DNA of 64,000 nucleotides from assembly GCA_017467085.1 (NCBI GenBank), contig JAFTSW010000008.1:1174-65173 (forward strand), in the 5' to 3' direction. Under the pieces are notes generated by a model that saw nothing but the letters and a program-made list of their open reading frames with translations, had not been told where the DNA came from and did no database searches. A program made the position numbers and the translations under genes. This document shows positions 36,480-44,977 of this stretch, piece by piece; position 1 is the first letter of the stretch; every line of letters begins with the position of its first letter. The DNA is from Clostridia bacterium. GTDB lineage: Bacteria; Bacillota; Clostridia; Oscillospirales; CAG-272.

Positions 36480-37871
36480 ATGAAAAGAATTTTTGTGTCC
36501 GATATGACCTTGCAGAGCGGCAAGAGCCTGTCCTTCAAGGAAAAGATTGAAATTGTCAGACACCTGGACAAGCTAAACGTGGACGTTATCCATATGCCTG
36601 CCATCGTCAACGCCACGGCGGACGCTTTGCTTATCCGTACCGTTTCTGCCTTTGTTAAAAACAGCGCCCTTTCCGTTCCCGCGGGCTTTACCGAGGAGAG
36701 CGTGAGGGCAGCGTATGCCGCCGTTTCCGCGGCGCATAAGCCCCGCCTTTCCTTCTTTATGCCCGTTTCTGCCGTGCAGATGGAGTATTCCTTGCACAAG
36801 AAGGCGGCAAAAATGAAGGAGCTTGCCGCCGCCCTCTTTGCCCAAGCCGTTGGGTATGGGGTGGAGGTAGAGCTGGTAGCGGAGGATGCTACCCGTGCCG
36901 ATAAGGATTTCTTGCAGCAGATGATTCTGCTTGCCGTAGAAAAGGGCGTTTCCGTTATCACCCTGTGTGACGATGAGGGAGCCCGTCTGCCTAACGAGTT
37001 TGGTGCCTTCGTGTCCGAGGCTTGCGCCCTCGTTCCCAAGGACGCCGCTGTGCGTGTAGGCGTGCTTTGCCGCAATACCGTCGGTCTTGCTACCGCCTCG
37101 GTTGTGACGGCAATGCAGGCAGGCGCTGAGGAAATCAAGTGCTGTGTAGGCGAGGCTGACCTTCCCGATATCACCACCTTTGCGGGCGTTCTTGCCGCCT
37201 GTGGCGACAGATGCGGCTTCTCCTCTGCCATCAGCTATCACGAGCTGCAGCGCATCACCAAGCAAATCAAGTGGATTTGCGGCGAGGAGGGGGCAGGCGC
37301 CGTCAAGGGTTCCGTTGCCGAGGAAGCCCCTGCCGTTTACGATAAGAACGATAGCTTCGAGGCGATTTCCGACGCCGTTGTCAAGCTGGGCTATGACCTC
37401 TCCGAGGAGGATATGAAGCGTGTCTATGAGGAATTCGGGCGTGTTGCCGAAAAGAAAGCGGTAACGGGCAAGGATTTGGAGGCGGTGATTGCCAGCGTGG
37501 CAATGCAGGTGCCCGAAACCTATCGCCTTATCAGCTACGTGGTCAATAACGGCAATATCATTGCCTCCTCTGCTCAGATTAAGTTGGAGAAGGAGGGTAA
37601 GGAGATTGCGGGCATCGCTATGGGCGACGGTCCCATTGATGCCGCCTTCCGTACCTTGGAGCAGATTATCGGCTACCACTATGAGTTGGACGATTTCCAG
37701 ATTCAGTCCGTTACCGAGGGCAGAGAAGCCGTTGGCGCGGCGCTCGTCAAGCTCCGCGAGGGCGGACGGCTCTATTCGGGTAAGGGTATTTCCACCGACA
37801 TCATCGGCGCATCTATTCGCGCGTACATCAGCGCCGTCAACAAAATCGTTTATGAGGAGGCAAACAAATGA
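36480..37871 (+). CDS. LeuA/CimA-family homolog with degenerate catalytic motifs but intact C-terminal LeuA-dimer regulatory domain
   Basis: The N-terminal VSDMTLQSGKS replaces the canonical DTTLRDGEQ. The HxHxxD/GERAGN region reads LCRNT...GEADLPD. The C-terminal ~120 aa (GDGPIDAAFRTLEQI...IQSVTEGREAVGAALVKL...GISTDIIGASIRAYISAVNK) match the LeuA allosteric domain. Confidence 0.7.
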   Translation: MKRIFVSDMTLQSGKSLSFKEKIEIVRHLDKLNVDVIHMPAIVNATADALLIRTVSAFVKNSALSVPAGFTEESVRAAYAAVSAAHKPRLSFFMPVSAVQMEYSLHKKAAKMKELAAALFAQAVGYGVEVELVAEDATRADKDFLQQMILLAVEKGVSVITLCDDEGARLPNEFGAFVSEACALVPKDAAVRVGVLCRNTVGLATASVVTAMQAGAEEIKCCVGEADLPDITTFAGVLAACGDRCGFSSAISYHELQRITKQIKWICGEEGAGAVKGSVAEEAPAVYDKNDSFEAISDAVVKLGYDLSEEDMKRVYEEFGRVAEKKAVTGKDLEAVIASVAMQVPETYRLISYVVNNGNIIASSAQIKLEKEGKEIAGIAMGDGPIDAAFRTLEQIIGYHYELDDFQIQSVTEGREAVGAALVKLREGGRLYSGKGISTDIIGASIRAYISAVNKIVYEEANK

Positions 37872-40387
37872 AACTCTCTTTCTCCACAAAGGGATGGCAC
37901 GGAAAAAGCTTTGAAGAGCTTTGCGATATAGCCAAAAGCCTGCGCTTTTCGGGCGTAGAGCTGCATAACGTATCCAACCTTCTGTTCACTGCCTCTGATA
38001 GCGCCCTGCAGGAAAACGCCAGCGCCGCAACCCTGCGCCGCCTGTATGAATTAAAGCTGCAGATTCCCTGTATTGACAGCATTTGCGATATCGCCTCCGC
38101 CGAGGATGCCGAGGCGGCTAAGGCAGAGGTAGAAAAGTGCATCCGTATCGCCGCGCGTCTGCATATCCCCTACGTGCGTTTGCACGCCTTGAAGAGCGAG
38201 GGAGCAGACCCTGCTGCCGTTTCTGCCTTCTTGGAGGCCATGCTTCCCGTAGCGGAGGAAGCCTCCGTTGCCCTTCTGCTTGAAACCAGCGGACTTTTCT
38301 CGGATACGGCGGCTATGCGTGCTTTGCTCGATAGCTTTGCCTGCGATGACCTGGCGGCTCTTTGGGATACCTGCGCCACCTACTTTGACGGCGGCGAGGA
38401 GCCCGAAAAAACTATTGAGAACCTGGGCGCCTACGTCAAGCATATCCACGTGAAGGACGCCAAGAGGGAAGGGGATAGCATCGTCTATTCCTTGATGGGT
38501 GAGGGCGAGTACCCCGTTGCCAACCTCATTTACGCCCTGCGCTCGGTTAACTACAACGGCTTCGTTTCCTTGGAGTGGTCCCCTGCCTGGTGCGAGGAGA
38601 TTGATGACCTGGAAATCATTCTCTCCCAGTTCGAGAGCTATATGAGCCAGTGGAACGATACCTCCAAGGGCGATAACTCTCTCTATTACAACAAGGCGCA
38701 TACGGGTCGCTACGTCTGGAAGAAGGAGCTTCTGATTGAAGAAACCTTCCCCCGTGTGCTGGACAGAATGGTGGAGGAATTTCCCGACCAGCTGGCGTTC
38801 AAGTATACCACCCTTAACTATACCCGTACCTACTATGAATTCCGCAAGGACGTAGACGAGTTTGCCCGTTCTCTGATTGCGATGGGCGTTAAGGCTGGGC
38901 ATCACGTAGCAGTCTGGGCAACCAACGTGCCTCAGTGGTATATTGCCTTCTGGGCAACCACCAAGATTGGCGCCGTTCTGGTTACGATGAATACCGCCTA
39001 TAAGATTCACGAGGCAGAGTACCTCTTGAAGCAGTCCGATACCCATACCCTGATTATGGTAGACGGCTACCGTGATTCCAACTATTCCGCCATTATCGCC
39101 GAGCTTTGCCCCGAGCTTGCGGAAAAGAGCGCTGACGGAAAGCTCCACAGCAAGCGGCTCCCCTTCCTGCGTAACGTCATTACCGTAGGCTTCAAGCAGA
39201 AGGGCTGTATCACCTGGGAGGAGGCGCTGGAAAAGGCGGCATCCGTTCCCCAGGAGGAGGTTTTGCGCCGCGCCGCCCTGGTAGATAAGGACGACGTCTG
39301 CAATATGCAGTACACCTCGGGTACCACGGGCTTCCCCAAGGGCGTTATGCTCACGCATTATAACGTAGTCAACAACGGTAAGTGCATCGGTGACCGTATG
39401 GATTTGTCCACGGCAGACCGTATGATGATTCAGGTGCCTATGTTCCATTGCTTCGGAATGGTGCTGGCAATGACCGCCAGTATGACCCACGGCGCCACCC
39501 TTCTGCCCTTGCCCTATTACTCTCCCAAGCCCGCCCTTTCCTGCGTGCATAACGAGAGAATTACCGCCTTCCACGGCGTTCCCACGATGTTTATCGCTAT
39601 ACTGGAGCACGAGGATTTCCCCAAGACCGACTTCTCCTATATGAGAACGGGTATTATGGCGGGAAGCCCCTGTCCCATCTCGGTTATGAAGGACGTGGTG
39701 GAGAAGATGCATATGTCCGAAATCACCATCGTGTACGGACAAACCGAGGCATCTCCCGGCTGTACCATGAGCTCCACCGACGACCCCATCGAGGTGCGCG
39801 TCAGCACGGTAGGCAGAGCCCTGCCCGAAATCGAGTGTAAGATTGTAGACCCCGAAACGGGCGAGGAATGCCCCGACGAGGTAACGGGCGAGTTTGTTGC
39901 CCGTGGCTACAACATTATGAAGGGCTATTACAAAATGCCCAAGGCAACCCTGTCTGCCATTGATAAGGATGGCTGGCTCCATACGGGCGACCTTGCCTGC
40001 CGTACCCCCGAGGGCAACTACCGTATCACGGGCCGCTTGAAGGATATGATTATCCGTGGCGGTGAGAATATCTACCCCAAGGAAATTGAGGAATTTATCT
40101 ATACCCATCCCAAGGTCAAGGACGTGCAGGTTATCGGCGTGCCCGACGAGCAGTACGGCGAGGAAATTATGGCTTGCATCATCATCAAGGATGGCGAGGA
40201 AATGACCGTAGCGGAAATGAAGGAATATATCAACGCCCATATGGCGCGCCACAAGGTGCCGCGGTATATCGAGTTCGTTACCGAGTTCCCCATGAACGCC
40301 GCGGGAAAGATTCTCAAATACAAGATGCGCGAGGAAGCCATTGAAAAGCTTGGCTTGCAGAAAGCGGCAAAAGTGGTAACGGCATAA
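37868..40387 (+). CDS. fusion protein: xylose-isomerase-like TIM barrel (aa 1-~270) + FadD/YngI-like AMP-forming acyl-CoA ligase
   Basis: ATGA overlap with the upstream gene. The N-terminal domain has GVELH...LLLETSG...HIHVKDA...VSLEWSP. The ligase has YTSGTTGFPKG, GQTEASP, LHTGDL and GKILK. Confidence 0.8.
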   Translation: MKLSFSTKGWHGKSFEELCDIAKSLRFSGVELHNVSNLLFTASDSALQENASAATLRRLYELKLQIPCIDSICDIASAEDAEAAKAEVEKCIRIAARLHIPYVRLHALKSEGADPAAVSAFLEAMLPVAEEASVALLLETSGLFSDTAAMRALLDSFACDDLAALWDTCATYFDGGEEPEKTIENLGAYVKHIHVKDAKREGDSIVYSLMGEGEYPVANLIYALRSVNYNGFVSLEWSPAWCEEIDDLEIILSQFESYMSQWNDTSKGDNSLYYNKAHTGRYVWKKELLIEETFPRVLDRMVEEFPDQLAFKYTTLNYTRTYYEFRKDVDEFARSLIAMGVKAGHHVAVWATNVPQWYIAFWATTKIGAVLVTMNTAYKIHEAEYLLKQSDTHTLIMVDGYRDSNYSAIIAELCPELAEKSADGKLHSKRLPFLRNVITVGFKQKGCITWEEALEKAASVPQEEVLRRAALVDKDDVCNMQYTSGTTGFPKGVMLTHYNVVNNGKCIGDRMDLSTADRMMIQVPMFHCFGMVLAMTASMTHGATLLPLPYYSPKPALSCVHNERITAFHGVPTMFIAILEHEDFPKTDFSYMRTGIMAGSPCPISVMKDVVEKMHMSEITIVYGQTEASPGCTMSSTDDPIEVRVSTVGRALPEIECKIVDPETGEECPDEVTGEFVARGYNIMKGYYKMPKATLSAIDKDGWLHTGDLACRTPEGNYRITGRLKDMIIRGGENIYPKEIEEFIYTHPKVKDVQVIGVPDEQYGEEIMACIIIKDGEEMTVAEMKEYINAHMARHKVPRYIEFVTEFPMNAAGKILKYKMREEAIEKLGLQKAAKVVTA

Positions 40388-41214
40388 TGATACAAGGAAA
40401 ATATACGGTGATAGACGCCCATTGTCATATCTATCCCGAGAAAATCGCCTCCCGTGCCGTCAACGGAACGGATACCTTTTACGGGCTTTCCTCCTTTGGA
40501 GAGGGAACGGTCAGGCATCTGTTAGGGGTAGGTGAGGAATCGGGAATTGACGGGTATCTTGTCCAGTCTGTCGCCACCACACCGCACCAGGTTTCCAGCA
40601 TCAACCGCTTTATCGCCGAAGAGGTCAATCTCTATCGGGGTAAAATGGTAGGGCTTGGCACCCTGCATCCCGACTCTGCCGATATTCTGGGTGACGTGGA
40701 GGAAATTGAGGCGTTAGGGCTTCACGGCGTTAAGCTGCACCCCGACATCCAGCGCTTCCGCGCGGATGACGATGCCTGTGCCGAGATTTACGCCCTCTGT
40801 GAAAAGAAGGGACTCCCCATTCTGATGCACGCAGGGGACCACCGCTACGATTATTCCAACCCCAACCGCCTTGCCCCCGTCCTTGCGTCGCATCCCGCGC
40901 TATGTATGGTGGCGGCGCATCTGGGCGGCTGGTCTGTCTGGGAGGACGCCAAGGAAAAGCTCTCGGGCTTCTCCAACCTCTACGTGGATACCTCCTCCTC
41001 CTTCCCCTTTTTAATGGAAGGGGAGGCAAGGGAGATTATCGAGGCTTTCGGCGTTTCCCACGTCCTCTTTGCCACGGACTATCCTATGTGGCACCCCAAG
41101 GGGGAAATTGAGTATCTGCTTCGCTTAGGCTTCACGGATGAGGAATACAAAATGCTCTTTTCCGAGAATGCCAAGGCCGTTTTCGGTAAGGAAAATTTCT
41201 CCTCTCTTATTTGA
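40387..41214 (+). CDS. amidohydrolase-2 family metal-dependent hydrolase/decarboxylase-like TIM barrel
   Basis: TAATG overlap with the upstream gene. N-terminal VIDAHCHIYPE, later HGVKLHP, MHAGD and FATDYP. Confidence 0.75.
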   Translation: MIQGKYTVIDAHCHIYPEKIASRAVNGTDTFYGLSSFGEGTVRHLLGVGEESGIDGYLVQSVATTPHQVSSINRFIAEEVNLYRGKMVGLGTLHPDSADILGDVEEIEALGLHGVKLHPDIQRFRADDDACAEIYALCEKKGLPILMHAGDHRYDYSNPNRLAPVLASHPALCMVAAHLGGWSVWEDAKEKLSGFSNLYVDTSSSFPFLMEGEAREIIEAFGVSHVLFATDYPMWHPKGEIEYLLRLGFTDEEYKMLFSENAKAVFGKENFSSLI

Positions 41215-41216
41215 AT

Positions 41217-41407
41217 AAAAAGGGGCTGTCTCACTATTTCGTGAGGCACCAAAAAGGAGCCGAAAACGGCTCCTTTTTTGCCCCTGTTCGTTTCACTTTT
41301 GACGAAAAGCGAAACGAACGCACAAATTTTCTTCGAAAATTTTCTCATTTTGCGCCTTTCTTGACGCAAAATGAGACGGGCTGTCTCAAATGAGACAGCC
41401 CGTTTTT
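41217..41407. mobile_element. MITE-like intergenic element, copy 1 (short form)
   Basis: Terminal inverted repeats AAAAAGGGGCTGTCTCA / TGAGACAGCCCGTTTTT and four internal hairpins. A near-identical copy with an expanded second hairpin lies at 57604..57827. Confidence 0.65.
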
Positions 41408-41415
41408 GTTTCGTT

Positions 41416-43692
41416 TTAATTTCTTTTATCCAAAAGGGGAAGTGTAGGAGCAAAAAAGGAAAACCTCACCCGTGTGCTTGCGCTCTCTCCCTCCGAAAGC
41501 AAGCGCTCCGCCGCGCAAGCCACCTGCGCCTTCCCCAAAGGCAGAGAGGAAAGTGAAAAGAGAGCCGCCTTTTGTCCGTAGCTGCCCACAAGTAGCGCCG
41601 AATGTCCCTCGAGCCGCGCGGAAAGGGCGCGGTAGGCGCCGCCCGAGGCAAAGCAGGAGGCAGAGGCGTAAAGGGCAGAGTCAAGCCCCATTTGCAAGGA
41701 ATAGCAAAGGGCAGTATGGGCGCCCTCCTCCTTGATGCGGAAAAGAAGGGAAAAGGAGGCCCTTCCTAAGGATAACGCCTCGCCCTCCCCGTAAAAAATA
41801 ACGGAAAGTGCGCTATCTCTTATTTCCTCCAGTACCTCCCTGGCGGCAAGCGCCTCGGTGGGTGTTTTGGGCTCGGGCAGGTAAAATTGCCGAATGACGG
41901 CTTGCTCCGAAAGAGAGGAAAGCACCGCCGCTGTCCCCGTGCCGTATTCGGTGATAACGTAGCCGTCAATCTCCTGCCGCGCCGCGCTCTTGGCAAGAGA
42001 AAGGGAAAAAGCGGCAGAGTCGGCAGAAAAGAGAGCGCCGTCCACCAAAAAGGTTTTGGTAGCCTCTCGCAGACAAACGGCATCCAGCTCCGACGAGGCA
42101 TCGGAGGCAAAATCCAGCCGCACGCCGTTTCTGTGTAAATAGCTGTCCCCAATATGAACGGCGGAAAGAGAAATAAAAAGCGCCAGCAGAAGGGTGAAAA
42201 CCCGTTTTCTTTTGAAGCGCCGCTTGGGGACGAATAGGTAATACAGAAAAATAAGGGTCGGAAATATACAAGCAAGAACCAGGGAAATAGGACGAGAAAA
42301 GGATATCTGCGTGTGTGGAATAGAGGCAAGCAGGGAGGACGCCCATAAAAAGAGGGCGGTCAGCCTCTCCACCAAAAGGGCAAGCGGCGAAATAAAGCCG
42401 AAAAGAAGCACCGCAATACCGCCGTATAAAAGCAGATTGGATAAGGGCGCTAACAGCAGGTTGGCAGGGACGGACAGCAAGGAAAAGGAGCCGAAGGTCC
42501 TTGCCAGAAGCGGCAGGGTGATAACGGTTGCCGCGGCTGTGATAACAGCGGAAAGCAGGGTATAATTCAGTAAAAATAAAAGAATACGCAGGAGAAGCTT
42601 TTTCGGCTTTTTCTTTGGCTCCCGCGCTTGCTCCTCTTCCTCTCCCTTGGCATAGTAGAGCAAAATGCCGAGAGTCGCCAATGCCGAAAGCCAGAGCGAC
42701 AGGCTGAAAACGCAGTAGGGCTCTAATGCGAGAATGATAGAAAGAGAGGCAAAAAGCGAAAAAATGCTGTTTTGCGAGCGCCCCGATAAAAAGGCAAGCT
42801 GTGTGCAAAGGCACATAAAGCCCGCGCGCAAAACCGATGGGGAGGCGCCCGTCAGCACCACGTATCCCATCATCAGTAAAAGCAGAAGCAGGATGCGCCA
42901 TTTTTTATGAACCCAACGCAGTAAAAAAGCAAGCCCCGAGATAAAAAGGCTTACATGTAAGCCGCTCAGGGCAAGAATGTGTGAGGTGCCAATGCGCGCC
43001 ATATCACGGGAAACAGAAGGTGAAACCCCGCTCTTGTCCCCTAAAAGCAGGGCAGAAAGAAAGGCGCCCTCGTCCCCGTCTATGCGTGTCTGTAAAAGGG
43101 CGGAAAGAGATGCGTTATAATGGGCGGCAAGAGAAAAGAGGGTGTGCTTCTCGCCTGTTTTCTCGCCGCCTGTCGCCGTAATGACGGCGTGTATGCCGTT
43201 TGTTACCTCTTGGCTGCTTGGAGAGTCAATAGAGCTGACGTATACCCGAAGCACGTCCCCCTCGGAATACGCCTCGCCGTTACGCAGGGTCAGCTTTACC
43301 GTAGCGGAAAGGGCATCGCTTCCCAAGGAGGAAAGGGCGGCCTTGGCAACCAGCGTCCCGTTTTCCCTGGATTCCACGTCCAAAATAGACAGGGTCCCAT
43401 AGCCCTGCTTGCCCTCGTATGTGGCAAGGGTGGCGGTGGGGCTTCGGTGGGCGTAGCCAAGAAGAAGGGCGGCGCAAAGAAGAAAAGGAAGCAAAAGCAC
43501 CGTAGAGTGGAGCCGCCAAAGGCGCCCCACCGCCAAAAGGATAGCCCCGAGAAGTAAAAGCCCGATAGCTATCCCGCATAATACCGACAGGGAAAGGGAA
43601 TAAGCGACCGCAACGGCGGCAATCCAGCATAAAGCAAGCAAAAGATGCCTATGCTTTCGCGCAAGGGAAAGTAGCGAAGCGGAGCTCTTCAT
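41416..43692 (-). CDS. comEC: ComEC/Rec2-family DNA internalization channel protein
   Basis: 758 aa polytopic membrane protein with the competence-domain motif ARIGTSHILALSGLHVSLF. The C-terminal domain lacks a recognisable HxHxDH motif. Confidence 0.85.
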   Translation of the reverse strand: MKSSASLLSLARKHRHLLLALCWIAAVAVAYSLSLSVLCGIAIGLLLLGAILLAVGRLWRLHSTVLLLPFLLCAALLLGYAHRSPTATLATYEGKQGYGTLSILDVESRENGTLVAKAALSSLGSDALSATVKLTLRNGEAYSEGDVLRVYVSSIDSPSSQEVTNGIHAVITATGGEKTGEKHTLFSLAAHYNASLSALLQTRIDGDEGAFLSALLLGDKSGVSPSVSRDMARIGTSHILALSGLHVSLFISGLAFLLRWVHKKWRILLLLLLMMGYVVLTGASPSVLRAGFMCLCTQLAFLSGRSQNSIFSLFASLSIILALEPYCVFSLSLWLSALATLGILLYYAKGEEEEQAREPKKKPKKLLLRILLFLLNYTLLSAVITAAATVITLPLLARTFGSFSLLSVPANLLLAPLSNLLLYGGIAVLLFGFISPLALLVERLTALFLWASSLLASIPHTQISFSRPISLVLACIFPTLIFLYYLFVPKRRFKRKRVFTLLLALFISLSAVHIGDSYLHRNGVRLDFASDASSELDAVCLREATKTFLVDGALFSADSAAFSLSLAKSAARQEIDGYVITEYGTGTAAVLSSLSEQAVIRQFYLPEPKTPTEALAAREVLEEIRDSALSVIFYGEGEALSLGRASFSLLFRIKEEGAHTALCYSLQMGLDSALYASASCFASGGAYRALSARLEGHSALLVGSYGQKAALFSLSSLPLGKAQVACAAERLLSEGESASTRVRFSFFAPTLPLLDKRN

Positions 43693-43693
43693 A

Positions 43694-44923
43694 TCAGTCC
43701 TTCGCCCCGTGAATCATATCGTAATATGCCTTGGCAAGCTGCTCGGTTTTGCTGGTGCCAAAGGCGTAGTATTTCTTGCCCTTCAAATCCGTGGGCAGAT
43801 AGTCCTGCTTCACGTAGTGGTTGGGATAATCGTGGGGATACTTGTAGCCGCGGAAGAGAGGACTTTGCAGGTGGGGCGGTATCTCCACGCCAAGCCCTGC
43901 CTCCACGTCCGCCAGCGCCTTTTCATAGGCAATATGGGCGGCGTTGGACTTGGGATAGGTGGCAAGAAGCGCCACGGCGTGAGAGAGGGGAATAGCGGCC
44001 TCAGGCAGACCCAGCTCCTTGGCGCTCTGGGTGCAGGCGTAGACAATGGCAGGCGCTAAGGGGTATGCCTGTCCCACGTCCTCCGAGGCAATCACCTGTA
44101 AGCGGCGGCAAACGGAAAGCAAATCCCCACCTGCCAGAAGCTTGGCAAGGTAGAATAGGGAAGCGTCCGCATCCGAGCCGCGAATAGATTTCTGTAAGCA
44201 GGAGAGCAGGTCGTAATGCACGTCCCCCGATACGTCAAAATTCCCCGTAAAGGAGGGCAAAAGCGAGGCGATAAGCTCTCGGTCCAGGGCGTCCTCACAC
44301 AGGGCAAAGGCATTCTCCAGAATGCCAAGACAGCGTCTGACGTCGCCGCCGCCCCGTCCTGCCATATACAGCAAAGCCTCGTCGCTGGCCGTCTTTTCCG
44401 TCCCCTCCTCGCGGTTGAGAGTCTCCCAGGCACGCCGCAGTGCCTTCACGCACTCCTCGGCAGGCACAGGCTTGAATTCAAACACGGAGGAACGGGAAAG
44501 CAGAGCATTGTAAATGCAGAAATAAGGGTTATCGGTGGTGGAGGCAATGAGAATGATGCGTCCGTCCTCCAAATATTCCAAAAGAGATTGCTGCTGCTTC
44601 TTGTTAAAGTACTGAATTTCGTCTAAATACAGAAGCACGCCCTCTGCCCCGAAAACCGTCTTGGTTTCCTCAGCAATGCGCTTCACGTCCGCCAAGGAGG
44701 CGGTGGTGGCGTTCAAGCGGTAAATCTGTCTGTCCGCATTCTTTGCGATAATGTTGGCGGCGGTGGTCTTTCCCGTACCGGGAGGGCCGCTGAATATCAT
44801 ATTGGTGAGCCTGCCCTTGGCAAGCATAGCACGAATGACACCCTTTTCTCCGAAAAGGTGAGTCTGTCCCACCATCTCGTCAAAGCTTTGGGGGCGCATT
44901 CTGTCGGCAAGGGGTTGTTGCAT
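43694..44923 (-). CDS. rarA: replication-associated recombination protein A (AAA+ ATPase)
   Basis: Start MQQPLADRMRPQSFDEMVGQ; Walker [10 protein letters not shown]; MgsA C-terminal pattern. Confidence 0.9.
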   Translation of the reverse strand: MQQPLADRMRPQSFDEMVGQTHLFGEKGVIRAMLAKGRLTNMIFSGPPGTGKTTAANIIAKNADRQIYRLNATTASLADVKRIAEETKTVFGAEGVLLYLDEIQYFNKKQQQSLLEYLEDGRIILIASTTDNPYFCIYNALLSRSSVFEFKPVPAEECVKALRRAWETLNREEGTEKTASDEALLYMAGRGGGDVRRCLGILENAFALCEDALDRELIASLLPSFTGNFDVSGDVHYDLLSCLQKSIRGSDADASLFYLAKLLAGGDLLSVCRRLQVIASEDVGQAYPLAPAIVYACTQSAKELGLPEAAIPLSHAVALLATYPKSNAAHIAYEKALADVEAGLGVEIPPHLQSPLFRGYKYPHDYPNHYVKQDYLPTDLKGKKYYAFGTSKTEQLAKAYYDMIHGAKD

Positions 44924-44977
44924 GGTGTTCTGCCTTTCTGTCTGAAATGTTGAATAAAGCAAGGAAGGAAGCCGCTA

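Noticed and set aside
41079-41453. 124-aa ORF, and the related 160-aa ORF 57366..57848, sharing the peptide AVSFETAR.ILRQERRKMRKFSKKICAFVSLFVKSETNRGKK.
   Set aside because: The shared peptide is the translation of the repeated MITE-like element. The ORFs extend antisense into unrelated neighbouring genes and differ outside the repeat.
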